A stretch of 64,000 nt of DNA from Selaginella moellendorffii (lineage: Eukaryota > Plantae > Lycopodiophyta), in assembly GCF_000143415.4 (NCBI RefSeq), contig NW_003314326.1, positions 248,001-312,000 on the forward strand, read 5' to 3'. Numbering within the stretch: the first letter of the stretch is position 1; the number at the start of each line of letters is the position of its first letter. The translations under genes and the position numbers were made by a program. The notes beneath the pieces were generated by a model. It was not told the origin of the DNA. It did not search any database and worked only from the letters and a program-made list of their open reading frames with translations. Positions 1-12,059 of the stretch are shown here, in pieces.

Positions 1-460
1 TTGATTTGATCTGGATGAACAAAACTATTGTTATTACAAAAACAGTAGAAAGGTGGCGTTCCTGTGTGGCCCTTTTCTCTCGCGAATGCTGGGTAGCCAA
101 GCACGAACTCAGCACCTGGGCTGCTCGTGGAGCTCGAATAAAAAATCTTGTCTCGACTGTTTTAGATCTTTGTGAACAGCACGATCGATACGCGTACGCT
201 TTATGGACACTTGCGGGCTTGGACTGGCCGCCAAAACAGCGCTTTCCAACAGTGAGAGCACGAGCTTGTGACAAATCCGACACTTGTCCAGTAATCTCAT
301 CTCAGCTTGCATCTTTGGAGACTATTGTCCGGAAAGAGCGATCGTTGTCAACACTAGTGCGCGTCTTCAATTGCCAATTAAACTTCGACTTCGTCCACGA
401 TCACACTTGATCACGGGTATTATTCTTTTACTCTTTTCGCAAAAACTGTACTGGTTATGC

Positions 461-2151
461 CTAACTTGTGCTCTCGTCGATCCGGATTCCCTGCAACCAC
501 ATCAGTCAGCCAACAAGGAGGAGAACAAGAGCTACAAACTTGAGGTGGATCGAATTTGGCTCCCAGTTCACTCAGCTTGGCATGCGCTTGAGCATAGTCC
601 TTGAAGAACGCGTCCTGATCCTTGGCGTAGAGCTCGGCATGCTCCTGGAGATATACATTGAGATAAGTTTTTCTAATTTTCTTAAGTTGGTCTATTCTTT
701 ACCTTGAATCCTGGATCTTCGAAAAGGACTGCGTCAGTTGGCAAGACGAGAAGATCTTCGTCTCTTTTCTCCTTGATATCCTGCATACGATACAACCGGC
801 GTTCACTACTATCCAAATTTTTTTTTCGTCCTTGGAATAAAGTCTACCTTGAAATATGAATTGTCAAATTTCAGCCATTCCACAGTCCAGGACTGGCCTC
901 CTGGAGCTCCAGGTCCGTCTTTCTATCATGGTCTCAAGCATCAAAATGTCATCGAAGCTTCTGAAAGAACCACTTTCGTTACCGTGTATTTCGTTTCCTT
1001 TTTTCCCCAGCCACTCCGTTCTGGTCTAGATCGTCCCAAGGTATGAGCACCTGACAGGGCAACAATGTCCTTGGTATATCAAGGCGATGAGTAAAAGTCT
1101 GCTCAAGCCAGGAAAATTCTTCAAAGCGGAAAGCGCACCTTGTCATCCAGTCCCATCCTGTGAAACACTTTGCGAAGGTGCTCGGAAGGATTTGGGGGTC
1201 CGGCACCTGGAAAGAAAATTAATTCCAGGCGTCAAAGAAACGGACATCATTTGTCGAAGTCCAAGTTGGCTAGCGCTTGGAAAACTCATTCTTACTTGGA
1301 AGGTTACCCTCCTTCGGGCATTGCTCTGGGCCTACGGTATCAACTCTTCCATATCGCATTGGAATCCGGGGTCCTCCAGCCATCTGATTCCATCACCTTT
1401 AGAAGTTTAGGCCGGCTTCTTTGTTCTTTCTTGATAAGTTTACCTCTATGGCGGTGGCGCTTGCAAGCTGGAAAAGATCGGCATAGCTTACTGCGGTGAA
1501 TTTCTCCTTCACGGGATTAAGCAGCTTGAGAGCATTTATGAGTCCTGCCGTAAGTTCGAAGGGATCGTTCCAAGCTTTTCGCAAGTTCCTAAAAGTTACC
1601 AGCATTCGCTCCATGTTCCAACTCGATAGGGAAGCGCAGGCTTCCATTGGCACCACCACACTTGGGCCACTCGCTGATGTTCTTGTCATACGTTCCAGCG
1701 TCGTGCCATCCCAATCTAATCTGTCGATTTGAAAGAGCTCACAAGGTTTGATCGTTGAAAAATAAAGAAAACAGTGCGAGTGTTTTTTTTGACACTTACT
1801 ACTATAGGATTGCAATGCATTTTCGTGATCACTTCCTTGATCGCTTCCCTCGCTCCCACTAGCTGATCGAGCTGAGACGCGATCCTCTGGGACGATTCCA
1901 CGGCGGCGGCTCCACTCCCAGACATGGCAAAAGTTCTGATCCTCCGCGAGCAGGCCTGATCGGTTGCAAACACGATCCATCGACATCGAGAAAGAGAGGA
2001 GGCAAACACTCACCGCACGGAGCGACAAACCCGATGATGAGAGCCGCCGATGAGGCGCCGCAGCAATGCTGAGCCTCGCAGTGACAGCAGGAAGAGATTT
2101 GCAGAGAAGCGCCCCGGAGAAAACGATCGACCTCGCCGACGCCATCGCCAT
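461..2151 (-). CDS. APX: Chloroplast (stromal-type) L-ascorbate peroxidase, multi-exon
   Basis: Ser/Ala/Arg-rich transit peptide from ATG 2151. Spliced exons give [13 protein letters not shown] (distal Arg/His), [36 protein letters not shown] (proximal His), [39 protein letters not shown] and [15 protein letters not shown]. Last exon GIRIDESTS* has its stop at 461-463. Short GT-AG introns. Confidence 0.93.
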
Positions 2152-2257
2152 TCTTTACTACTCCTGTTTGAGAGAAGGGACTTTTTTGCTCGAGATAGCA
2201 GAATATTCACTAAATATTCCGGCAAAGAGTTTTAAACTACACGACCGGCTAGTCCAT

Positions 2258-4145
2258 TCAACGTTGTTTGAACGCTGACTCGTCGATGAATCCCATGGCC
2301 TCCACCGACATGTACTCCTCGTCCCTGAATCGCAGCAAGAACTGGACGAATCGATAGGCATCCTGGAAATTCGACACGGCACCCAGCGAGATTGTCACGG
2401 CCCTGAATGTGGCGAGTGGATGCGCCGACGATGATCGCTGGGAAATCGGCGCCACCAGTGGATGATTCGCGAATCCGCAAGTCCCGAGCTTGATGTTCTG
2501 CTTCTCGGCCAGGCTGCGAACAATGTGAGGCGGGAAGAGATTCCCAGTGGAATCCACGAGATTGAACACCACCATGCTCCCTCGCTCGCGCTCCTTGCTG
2601 CCGTAGACCTTGATCATGGGCCGCGAGTTCTCGCCGACGTGGTTGATCCTCTTGAGATTGGCATGCAGCCACGCTGCCAGGCATTCGACCCTCTTCCCGA
2701 TCCTGTCCATGCCGATCGATTCCAGATGATCCAATCCCGTCGCTACTGCCGCCAGCGTGAGCCCATTGATCACCATTCCACCGTCCTCGCAAGCAATGTG
2801 AACTCCCGCGGCCTCCACAAACGCTGGGCTTGTCCTGGATTTGAGCTTCTTCATCACCAGAGCCTCCACATCCCGCCTGATCGCCAGGAATCCCACGCCG
2901 GGAGGATACCCCAGCGCGTGATGCAGCGAGCCCACCACGAATTCGGGCCGCTCGATCGCGACGTCCACTACTCCAGCCGCGGGGAGGGCGATCGAGACAT
3001 CCAGCAGCGCGTGCCACCCCTTGGCGTGCGTTTGTTTGATCCAATCCACACCATAGCGAGTGCCGGTGAGGCCGGATTGCGCTGGAATGACGACGACGCC
3101 GCCGCCTTGGCCGATGACCAGTCTCGACGCCATCTTGTTTAGCAGCCGTTGGATCTCGCCCCGGGGAGCGGCGAGGTCCGTCGATCGCAGCCCGGCAACG
3201 CTAACTCGGGTGCCCGACCTCGCCGCGGCCGAGACGAGGTGGCGGATGGACTCGTGCGTGTCCTGGCACACGAGAATCTGGCTGCTCCTGTCCAGTGGGT
3301 AGATCTCTGCGAACAATCGGAAGCTGGCCGACACCCCAGCCGTCAAGACGAGCGTCGGGTAATCGTCCTTGGATGCGTTGAGCATGCCAAGGATCCTGTT
3401 CTGGAGGCCGACTATCCGGTTTCTTAGCCGAGAGCCGGATGGGAGAATGGATGCCGAGCAGGGAGCCTCTTCCAGAAGAAACTGCGTGTGTTCCTCCACC
3501 TGAGGAGATCCCAACGATCAGGCTATGCGCGTTCCAGCAAATGCCGTGTGAAGGCAAAATACCTGGTAGCTCGAGAAGAGTGGATTGTTGGCGTAGTCAA
3601 GGTGTACCACGCGCTGGAGGTCGAGATTGGAGTACTGCTCCTTCCTCACATTGTCCAGGGACAGGTTCTCGAAGTAGTCCTCGTAATCATCCAGGAATTG
3701 CTCCTCGGCCTCGACGTACTCGGGAAGAACAGCCGGTCCCACGTTGATCTCCTCCTCGGGCACCGACGAGGATGTCGGCCAGCTTCTCTTGGAGGCCTGA
3801 TCGTTGTCATCGGACGAGGAATTGAAGGAAAGGCTCCCCAGGAACTGATCGTTGGTGGAGGCCAGAGGATCCACCGCCTGCTCGCCGCTGGAATCAAGCG
3901 GGAACAGGCTCTCGGCGTGGAAGGCACTGTACGAGTCTAGGCTCTCCGTGTCGTCCCAGTTCGCCGGCGATGATGGGCGATTCCCATTGCGAGCAGCAGG
4001 GGGCGATGATGCTGGCCGTGAATCGATCTTCTTCTGCGAGGAGAAACAAGCGAGTGAATTCCTGCGACCCAATTCAGCCTCTCACCTTGTTGCTGTGGCC
4101 GTGAGCTCCAGAATTGCGCAGCCTAGAGCTCAAGCGATTAAACAT
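2258..4145 (-). CDS. PLP-dependent transferase fold, molybdenum cofactor sulfurase-like protein (3 exons: 4145-4086, 4033-3563, 3499-2258)
   Basis: Motifs VHLDYANNPLFS, PAQSGLTG, HALLD, GYPPGVGFL, RGSMVVFN and IKLGTCGF resemble the NifS-like domain of MoCo sulfurase. GT-AG introns at 4034-4085 and 3500-3562 join the frames. No MOSC domain is visible. Confidence 0.82.
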
Positions 4146-4324
4146 TCTTCTTGCCGCAAATCGATCTTATCCAGGGCGAGGCGAGAATTCCTTTTCTTCT
4201 CTGGTGCTCGTCTTATGGTCGCGGGGTTCACTCCTTTTTGTGCATTTGGCGGCTTGCCGTGTTGACGCCAACGAATTGGACAGAAGCGCATCCACGCCAC
4301 TCAAATTTGACGGTAGCGATCGCC

Positions 4325-4351
4325 TAGGGTTTGTAGGGCTTTTTAGGGTTT
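4325..4351 (+). promoter_or_regulatory. Two telo-boxes (TAGGGTTT) immediately upstream of the eIF3b ATG, in a ~220 bp divergent intergenic region
   Basis: TAGGGTTT at 4325-4332 and 4344-4351. Telo-boxes are typical of plant translation-machinery genes. Confidence 0.7.
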
Positions 4352-4364
4352 ACGAGCAGCAGCG

Positions 4365-7092
4365 ATGGCGGAGGTCGCCCTCCCATACCGCTACGATCCA
4401 CAGCCGTCGTCGCCGCAGCAGCAGCCACCCAGGCCTGGCTTGAACATCGACTGGTCGCAGGTGAATCTCGATGAGATTCAGCTCCCTCCGGGCGAGGATT
4501 TTGGAATCAAGAGGTAGGCTTTCTTGTCGAAATCGCTCCACTTAGCGGATCTCGGTTGTGGCTAGTGAGGATGAAGAGGAGGAGGAGGAGATTGTGGAGA
4601 GCGAGTCTGGTTTCGGGAGCATAATTGTCGTAGACAATCTCCCGGTGGTGGAGCCTGCCAAGTATGAGAAGCTCGAAAACGTGGTACGCAAGATTTTTGG
4701 ACAAATGGGAATTATTAGAACGCTCTTCATGCCGAAAGACAAAGCGACTGGCAAAACGTCGGGCTTTGCTTTCATCGAGTACTCCAGTCCCCAGGTATGC
4801 AAGATGTGGTGGAATTTTTCTATATCGTTTCTCAATCTACTTTGCAGGAGGCCCATACCGCTCGGGATCAAGCCGATGGGTATAAGCTCGACAAATCTCA
4901 CGTCTTTATGGTGAGGATGTTCGATGACATTGACAAGTACATGAAAGTTCCTGAGCAGTGGGTAGCTCCAGAGATCAAGAGCTACGTGCCAGGGGTATGT
5001 CTTACTTTGTTGCTTACGTGCTTCTTTCTTTTCTTAAACACTATTTACTTTGCATCAGGAGAATCTTCTCGAATGGCTGATGGACGAGAAAGGACGCGAT
5101 CAATTTGTGATACGATTTGGCACGGAGACAGAGGTGTGCTGGAACGATGCCCGTCTGTTGAAGGCCGAGACGGCATATCATCGATCGGTAGGCCGGGCTA
5201 CTGTTATCTCTATCTGGTCTGATTCTCTTTTAAATAGTTCTGGACGGAAAGCTTTGTTCAATGGTCTCCCCTTGGGACGTATCTCGCAACAATTCATCGG
5301 CAAGGTGCTGTCATATGGGGTGGATGCACTAACTTTAGCCGGATCACTCGATTCATTCACCAACAGGTTGGAACTTCGACCTTAAATTTTGCTTCATCTG
5401 TTTTACCGTGTCAAACGTAGGTGCGGCTAATTGACTTCTCCCCATCCGAAAAGTTCCTCGTAACGTACAGCAGCCACGAACCAAGCAATCCCCGCGAAAC
5501 ACAAGTAAGTTCGAAGTTGCAACCGGTGTTGAGCTGGTCTGAGTACTTGCTATGATTTGGCAGAAAGTAGTGCTTAACGTTTTCGACGTACGAAGTGGTA
5601 AATCGCACCGAGAATTCAAGGGCAGCGCCGACGAGTTTGCTACTGGTGGGACTGGAGGTGTTGCCGGAGTGTCTTGGCCAGTGTTCAGGTTAGTTCGGAT
5701 GATTACCATCTTAACTTGGGCTCAAATGCTACTTCCTATATCTAGGTGGTCTGGCGGCCGTGATGACAAGTATTTTGCGCGTATAGGAAAGCACTGTATA
5801 AGTGTTTACGAGACAGAGACCATGGGTTTACTGGACAAGAAGTCGCTGAAAGTTGACAATGTTATAGATTTTAGCTGGTCACCAACCGATTCAATTCTGG
5901 CCCTTTTTGTCCCAGAAGGCAACGGTGGCAATCAGCCTGCGAGGGTATGTATTTGTGTTTGATTTCTCTACATGTGACCTGGTTTGCTCTTGACTTCAAC
6001 AGGTTAGCCTGGTTCAAATTCCTGGCAGGGAAGAACTGAGGCAGAAGAACCTTTTCAGTGTCAGTGACTGCAAGATGTACTGGCAAAGCAACGGAGACTA
6101 TCTAGCAGTCAAAGTTGATCGGTATACAAAGACGAAGAAGAGCACGTATACCGGTTTTGAGCTCTTCCGGATCAAAGAACGCGACATTCCTATCGAGGTC
6201 TTGGAGCTTGAGAACAAAAACGACAAGATTATCGCCTTCGCATGGGAACCAAAGGGCCACCGATTCGCCATCATTCATGGAGATGGTCCTCGTCCCGACG
6301 TAACGTTCTACTCGATGAAGAGCCCAAACAACGTGGACCGTGTAACCAAGCTTGCCACGCTCAAAGGAAAGCAGGCAAATGCTCTCTACTGGTCGCCTGC
6401 GGGGCGCTTCATTGTGCTGGCGGGTCTCAAGGCGTATAACGGGCAGCTCGAGTTCTACAATGTTGATGATCTCGAGACTATGGCAACGGCAGAGCATTTC
6501 ATGGCAACTGATGTGGATTGGGATCCCGCTGGAAGGTAAGCTCTTCTGAAACGAACTTATCCTTACCACCGGTCGTTTGCAGATATGTGGCTACTTCTGT
6601 TACTTCCGTGCACCAAATGGAGAACGGCTTCATTATCTGGTCTTTCCATGGGAAGCTGATATACAAGGTTTCAAGGGACAGATTCTTCCAGGTTTGGAAA
6701 TTGTGAGTGCCATCCACTGCCGCCGACTGACGGTTGCTTGTGTTTCCTTACAGTTCTTGTGGCGCCCCAGGCCTCCATCTCTCCTTAGTAGCGAAGAGGA
6801 AGCCGAGATTTTTAGGAACTTGAAACAGTATTCCAAGAGGTATGACCAAGAGGACATAGAATCGTCGAGGTTCCACAGCACCCAGGAGTTGGAGCAGAGG
6901 AGGAAGCTGATTGAGGAGTGGAACGGGTGGCTGTCTTCGTGGAAGCAAATGCACGAGGCGGACAAGCCTTACCGGCAGGATCTTCGTGATGGCGAGCCCA
7001 GCGACGACGAGCAGGAGTACGAAGACGAAGAGGTCGAGATTGAGGAGGTGATCGACGTGGAAGAGATCAAGGAAGAGGACCTTGAGGCGTAA
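4365..7092 (+). CDS. eIF3B: Eukaryotic translation initiation factor 3 subunit B, multi-exon
   Basis: N-terminal IDWSQVNLDEIQLPPGEDFGI, RRM (IIVVDNLPVV...GFAFIEY), beta-propeller motifs (NLFSVSDCKMYWQSNGDYLAVKVDRYTKTKK, FAWEPKGHRFA, EHFMATDVDWDPAGRYVAT), FLWRPRPPSLL and an acidic tail. Many short GT-AG introns. Confidence 0.96.
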
Positions 7093-7167
7093 AATCATAA
7101 TTGCGTTTATTGTTGAGTGAGGAATATACCTATATCTAGGTATATTCTAGGCATTTAATTTCGACCT

Positions 7168-8142
7168 TTACAAGTGTATTGATAGGGGTGGCGGGGATGC
7201 ATATACTTTGGTATCCCAGGTACCCTTATCTAAATCAAACGAAAAGAATGCTTTATCACCGTTGCCCGAGACACAAGCAAAATTCATGAAGTTCCCGGCT
7301 TGTCCAATATAACTCAAGTCTTGGCAATTTTCCATCTTGCGCAGGCCCACATCCTTCTCAACACGTTGCCTCCACAAGGACTCCGAGATTATGATCTCGT
7401 ACTGTAGACCTCCCACATCCTTGAGCACCAAGTAATAGAGCTTCCCCCTCCAAGGAGCCAGGACATACTCTACACGCGGGTTGTCGATTAAAAGCCTATG
7501 TGTCACACTCTTCCTTGCCAGATCAAAAAAGGCCACCTCCATACCCTTTCTACAGAGAACAACGTCTTGTGTCACCACCAGCAGCAGCGATCCATCGCGC
7601 AAGGCCCCCGTCACACTGTGCCACTCCGCTTGTCCGCGAGTGAAGCTCCAAACCACGCCATCCGAGCGCCACACCACAAGCTTGTAATCCCAGGGAGGGG
7701 ACCAAGAACGCGTGGCAATGAGGCGGACCCTGGACATGTCTCCAAATTGCAGGTAGGGGATCTCCTCCCAGCGGTTGACGAAGGGACTCCCGACGAAGAG
7801 CCGCCTCACCTGTGTGGAGCGCGCGAGGAAGAGGCGCTTGTCTTGAGACACGGCGCACAGCCAGTCGGGAACGTCCTCCTCCACGTCCTCGAAATGCCGG
7901 GGCGCCCAACGCATCGCCTTGCCGCTGCTGTCCTGGATGCAATTGGCGTCGGGGAAGAGGCACGCGCTGTCCCTGTAAGATCTCCGGAAGGTGGGCTCGT
8001 CCACCACTGACCTCCACACGCGGCACACGCACCTGGCGCTTAGAACAGCCGAGAAGGGGAGCCTGGCGAGGATTTGAGCCACAACCTCGGGCATAATGCC
8101 CGATATCCCTGTGCCCCAGCACCCCTTCTTTGGAGACGCCAT
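7168..8142 (-). CDS. F-box protein (324 aa, intronless)
   Basis: N-terminal F-box MPEVVAQILARLPFSAVLSARCVCRVWRSVV followed by a divergent beta-rich interaction domain (LFVGSPFVNRWEEIP). Confidence 0.85.
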   Translation of the reverse strand: MASPKKGCWGTGISGIMPEVVAQILARLPFSAVLSARCVCRVWRSVVDEPTFRRSYRDSACLFPDANCIQDSSGKAMRWAPRHFEDVEEDVPDWLCAVSQDKRLFLARSTQVRRLFVGSPFVNRWEEIPYLQFGDMSRVRLIATRSWSPPWDYKLVVWRSDGVVWSFTRGQAEWHSVTGALRDGSLLLVVTQDVVLCRKGMEVAFFDLARKSVTHRLLIDNPRVEYVLAPWRGKLYYLVLKDVGGLQYEIIISESLWRQRVEKDVGLRKMENCQDLSYIGQAGNFMNFACVSGNGDKAFFSFDLDKGTWDTKVYASPPPLSIHL

Positions 8143-8675
8143 TAGCCCTTGCCCTTCCAGTCTCGATTTCTCGACTCAAAGGGCAATTTTTCTAGAACCT
8201 TTTCAAGTTCGGAAGTAAACCTTTTGTCCAATACGATAGTGTAGCACCATCACGACGTCGAGTTTAATCCGCCAGTGGCGCTTCTTCATCTGTCCCGCTG
8301 CTTCCCGCCTATCTGGCACCTCTCAATAATTTGGGTCCGGTGTTGCTCGAAAGAAATTGTATCTGTGAATGGGAATCGAATCGTGATGAGCTTCCTCGTG
8401 TTCGCGCAGCTACTACTCTGATGCTAATGCTCTTCTCTTAAGAAAAAGCTTGAATACACTTGGACCTTTGGTCACTGCCGCAATGTTAGTTTCTCACGAT
8501 CGTATCCTGAACTTTGGCAGATGTGAGCTGCTGGAGCATCGACAGGCTCGAAAGCTCCGATGAGCTCGCGACGTCCAAAGCGTCTGCGGTGATAACAATG
8601 TAGAACTGAGGGAATATTTCATATTCCACCACGTCAGCATTAGGTCACGACGGTTAGAGGGGATATCCCCACATA

Positions 8676-9900
8676 TAGGGGAATAAAGAGTTGCCAAGAA
8701 GAATGCCGAGGAGAATGGACTTCGCTTGCGTTGAGAGGTGAGAGAGCGATGTGCCTCCATAGGTGTCCACTTGCAAATTGACTCTTAGGTTCCCCGGGTT
8801 CTTCACTGGTGCACTGTCCAAACCCAATTTCTCAATAAACCTACAGAGTTAGAGTGAGAGCCAGTAGTTTTGTTAAACTGATCCAAAGATGAAGATTATC
8901 CAGACAAAGATGCTCCAGCTAGCTTTGCTTAGCCTTCTCTCACGTCCCAGACTACAGCTAAGCTTCAAAACTGGCTTTTTTGCAGCCAAGAGCTAATGAG
9001 GAAAACTTGCAAGTGCAGTGGAGCCCAGGTTTGGCCAAACAGGATCACAACAGGAGTATGCTCCAGAGGAGCTAAAAGGATGGGAGATCAGTGAGAAATC
9101 CCAGAATCTCCAACTCCTCTTCATCAAAAGTAGCAGAAACTGGAGGATCAGGAAGTGCCCTGAGGGGACAGCAAAGTGTGGGACGAGCAGCACGGTTGAT
9201 ATAATTGGTGGGTAAGGTGAGATCTGCCACACAGGCGTAAAGCTGCCTGCTCATAGAAATGGACAAGAAAAACGGTCAGGGTAGTTGCGAGGTCCAGCAG
9301 AAATGGTGGCAGAAGCTGGAAACACCGGATTGGAAGGTGGATGAGAGAGGCTCACCACACATTTCTGCTGGACCTTGGGACTGCCCTGGCTTGTCCAATT
9401 TTTCCTCCAGTTTTTACTTCTTTCAGTGAAAAGGAGTTGGAGATTGTGGGATTTCTCACTAATCTCCCATATACCCATTCTTGGCAAGTTTTAAATAGCT
9501 TTCTTCTAGCTCCTCTGGAGCATGCTCCTATTATGATCCTGTTTGGTCAAACCTGGGCCACCATTGCACTTGCCAGTTTTTTTTGCTAGCTCTTTTTTTT
9601 TTCCTGCAAAAAAGCCAGTTTTGAAGCTTGACTGTAGTCTGGGACGTGAGAGAAGGCTGAACAGAGCAAGCAGGAGAATCTTTGTCTGGATAATCTCCAT
9701 CTTTGGATCAGTTCAACAAAACTTTAAGCGTTCCCACTGCTGTCTAGTCCCAATTTTACAACGACACTACTTACTCTAGCTCGAAATCCGTAAGTTTATT
9801 GAGAAATTGGGTTCGGGGAGAAATTACCTCTCAATGCAAGTGAAGTCGCTCATTCTTCTCGGCATTCTTGGCAGCATTGTAACTCTTTATTCCCCTCTTT
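8676..9900. repeat. Large imperfect inverted repeat (foldback) centred near 9330; third copy of one module at ~10060-10170
   Basis: 8881-9150 is the reverse complement of ~9400-9710. 8676-8740 and 8821-8840 match ~9795-9895. Innermost stem GGTCCAGCAGAAATG / CATTTCTGCTGGACC. Confidence 0.85.
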
Positions 9901-12059
9901 GCTTCCACATCATCAAGCGTGAGCATGTCATCCAGGACCCATTCTTCAACTGGAGCAGTGTCTTGAGAAGTCTCACTATCATGACAGATTTCCACATCAC
10001 CACTCTCATCTGGAGCATCGTGATCAGCTACAAAAACCTGGTGCAAAGGTGGTGGTGGCTCAGCTGCCAAAAAGCCAGGTTTGAAGCCCAGCTGTAGTCT
10101 GGGATGTGAGAAAAGGCTGAGCAGAGAGAGCAGGAGTGTCTTTGTCTGGATAATCTTCATCTTTGGATTGGTTCTACAAGCATCTTCATCTGGATCATCT
10201 TCATCCCCATTGTGGAAGATGTTTCCACTTGCAAATAGACTTCTAGGTTCTTCACTGTCAAAGTCACGGAAACTGTTGCCAGATCGGAAACATTATCTAT
10301 AGCATTGCATTTATTTCTTGAAGGCTACACGGAGGTTGATTTCTCAGCAAGTTATCAAGGTGGAATGGTTTGAAAACTCAAGCACATGAATTACACCCGC
10401 AACTCCAGCTTTGGCTTTGTTACATGTCTAAGGGGAGTCATTGTGAGAGTGAGCCTCTCCAAGAAAAACAAACAAGAATGGAATCATCACATTCATCAGG
10501 CAACAAAGAACTCTCTAGGGAAACAAAACTTCTAAAGAAAGCTGGCCAAGGAGGCAGGGCATAGTAATCGCTCGAGCAGCCCTGGACACAGAGGTTTTGA
10601 CAATCCGGCAATGGCTTTGATGCATGCACCCGAATTGCTGCTGGCGAGCGAGTCAGCCATCCGGCCCTCGCGACCGGCTTATCCCTGAGAGGAAGTACAA
10701 CAAATGGATCATCTGAATTGCAAAAGCTTACCCCTCATCGCCACCCACATTGCTAGCGCCCGCGCTCGAATAGCCAGCCATCGCGAGCTCCTCCAGCCTA
10801 GAGCCAGCCATCCGGCCCTCGCAATCGGCTTGTACCTGACGGGAGCTAAGAAAGAAGAAGAAAAAAGGGGAAAAGTTACCCCATCAGAGCCCTCATCGGC
10901 GCCCACATTCCTGCTAGCCGGGATTGCTGGGCGCGCGAGCTGGCAATCGCAAGCCCCTCAAATCTCGCTCGTCCGCCATTCTAGGGCTTCTAAACGGCTA
11001 TTTCCCTTTATAGGGGATCCCTCCAATCTTCTTTGTGAGAGCACGTTGTGGTCTCACGTAGACGCTCGAGTTTACAAGCAGCTCATGGCATGGATCTAGT
11101 CTGAAGATAACATATCGAGCTCACCTCTTTCGACGCAGGAGAATTCCATCGTCGTAAAACATCAACACTGTTAGGGCGCTCCCACACATTGCATATTTGT
11201 CCGAGATATTTGTGAGAGATTTTCGTGGGGAATTCGTACAATGTGGCTGAATGTGATCCAATTTCTTATCTGCTAAAACAAAAATTCCCCCGTTTTGGTC
11301 TCTAAAATTATCAATCGAGCCAGGGACCTTTGCTTTGATGAGTGTAATGTGTGTGAATGCCAGTCTCATTGTCAGGTCATGTTGTCTCTGATACTCCTAC
11401 TAGAGCGACTTAAGCAGAGAGATTCTACAGAATTCTTCTAGATGACTGCGTCACTGCGTCCAACCAATGCTAAAGTCCTTGTAACACCAGCGTTTCCATG
11501 CTGCAGGGATACACCATGGTTTCCTCGGTTCCATCCAGCTCGGAAACTGCCAGTTTCCGTGTTGAGTGTCTCGAGTACTGAAGGTTTTGCTGTCAAGCCA
11601 CGCACTGGTACCGAATCATAAAATGCTGCTTTGCCCTTCGATGAACAAGGAATAGAAGTTGTACATTAGAAAACCCACAACGTTTCGCTGAGGTGTCTCG
11701 AGTACGCCTTAGGCTGTGGTTGTTCCGAGTTGTGAAGCTGCATCGTTTCTTTTGTGCAGAAGATTCCAAGGTCTGAAATATTAGTTGCCAGTGCATATAG
11801 AAATGAATCAGGAATCTAAAAGAGCTCTCGTCCGCTCGTGAAGGCTACGTCGACCACGAGCTACCCGCTAATCACAACTCGAGCTTCTCCAGCTCGAGGA
11901 ACTAAAACATGTCACACAAGCATCCTTCAGCCGTGCAACGTCCCTTGCAATACCTTCGCACCACTCCTGAGATAAAAACTTGTACCACCTCGTCATCGGC
12001 CATGACGCGCAAGTGATCGTCATCATCCACTTTCGTCACGATCTTGGACGTGTTCACCT

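Noticed and set aside
1-460. Alternative thylakoid-anchor exon of APX, or the ORF at 6-410
   Set aside because: No transmembrane-anchor exon was recognisable and the plus-strand ORF has no identifiable motif.
2232-3940. Overlapping alternative and antisense ORFs (e.g. 2232-3044, 2462-3142, 3488-3940)
   Set aside because: Shadows of a GC-rich real CDS with no recognisable domains.
4325-4351. Interstitial telomere
   Set aside because: Only two isolated units beside a translation-factor start; better explained as telo-boxes.
9831-10160. 109 aa ORF with a signal-peptide-like start
   Set aside because: It lies in the triplicated/foldback region and sister copies break frame early, so it cannot be supported as a gene.
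10300-11950. Short ORFs and small direct repeats (AGCCATCCGGCCCTCGC, GTGTCTCGAGTAC)
   Set aside because: I could not assign a family or structure, so it is left unannotated.
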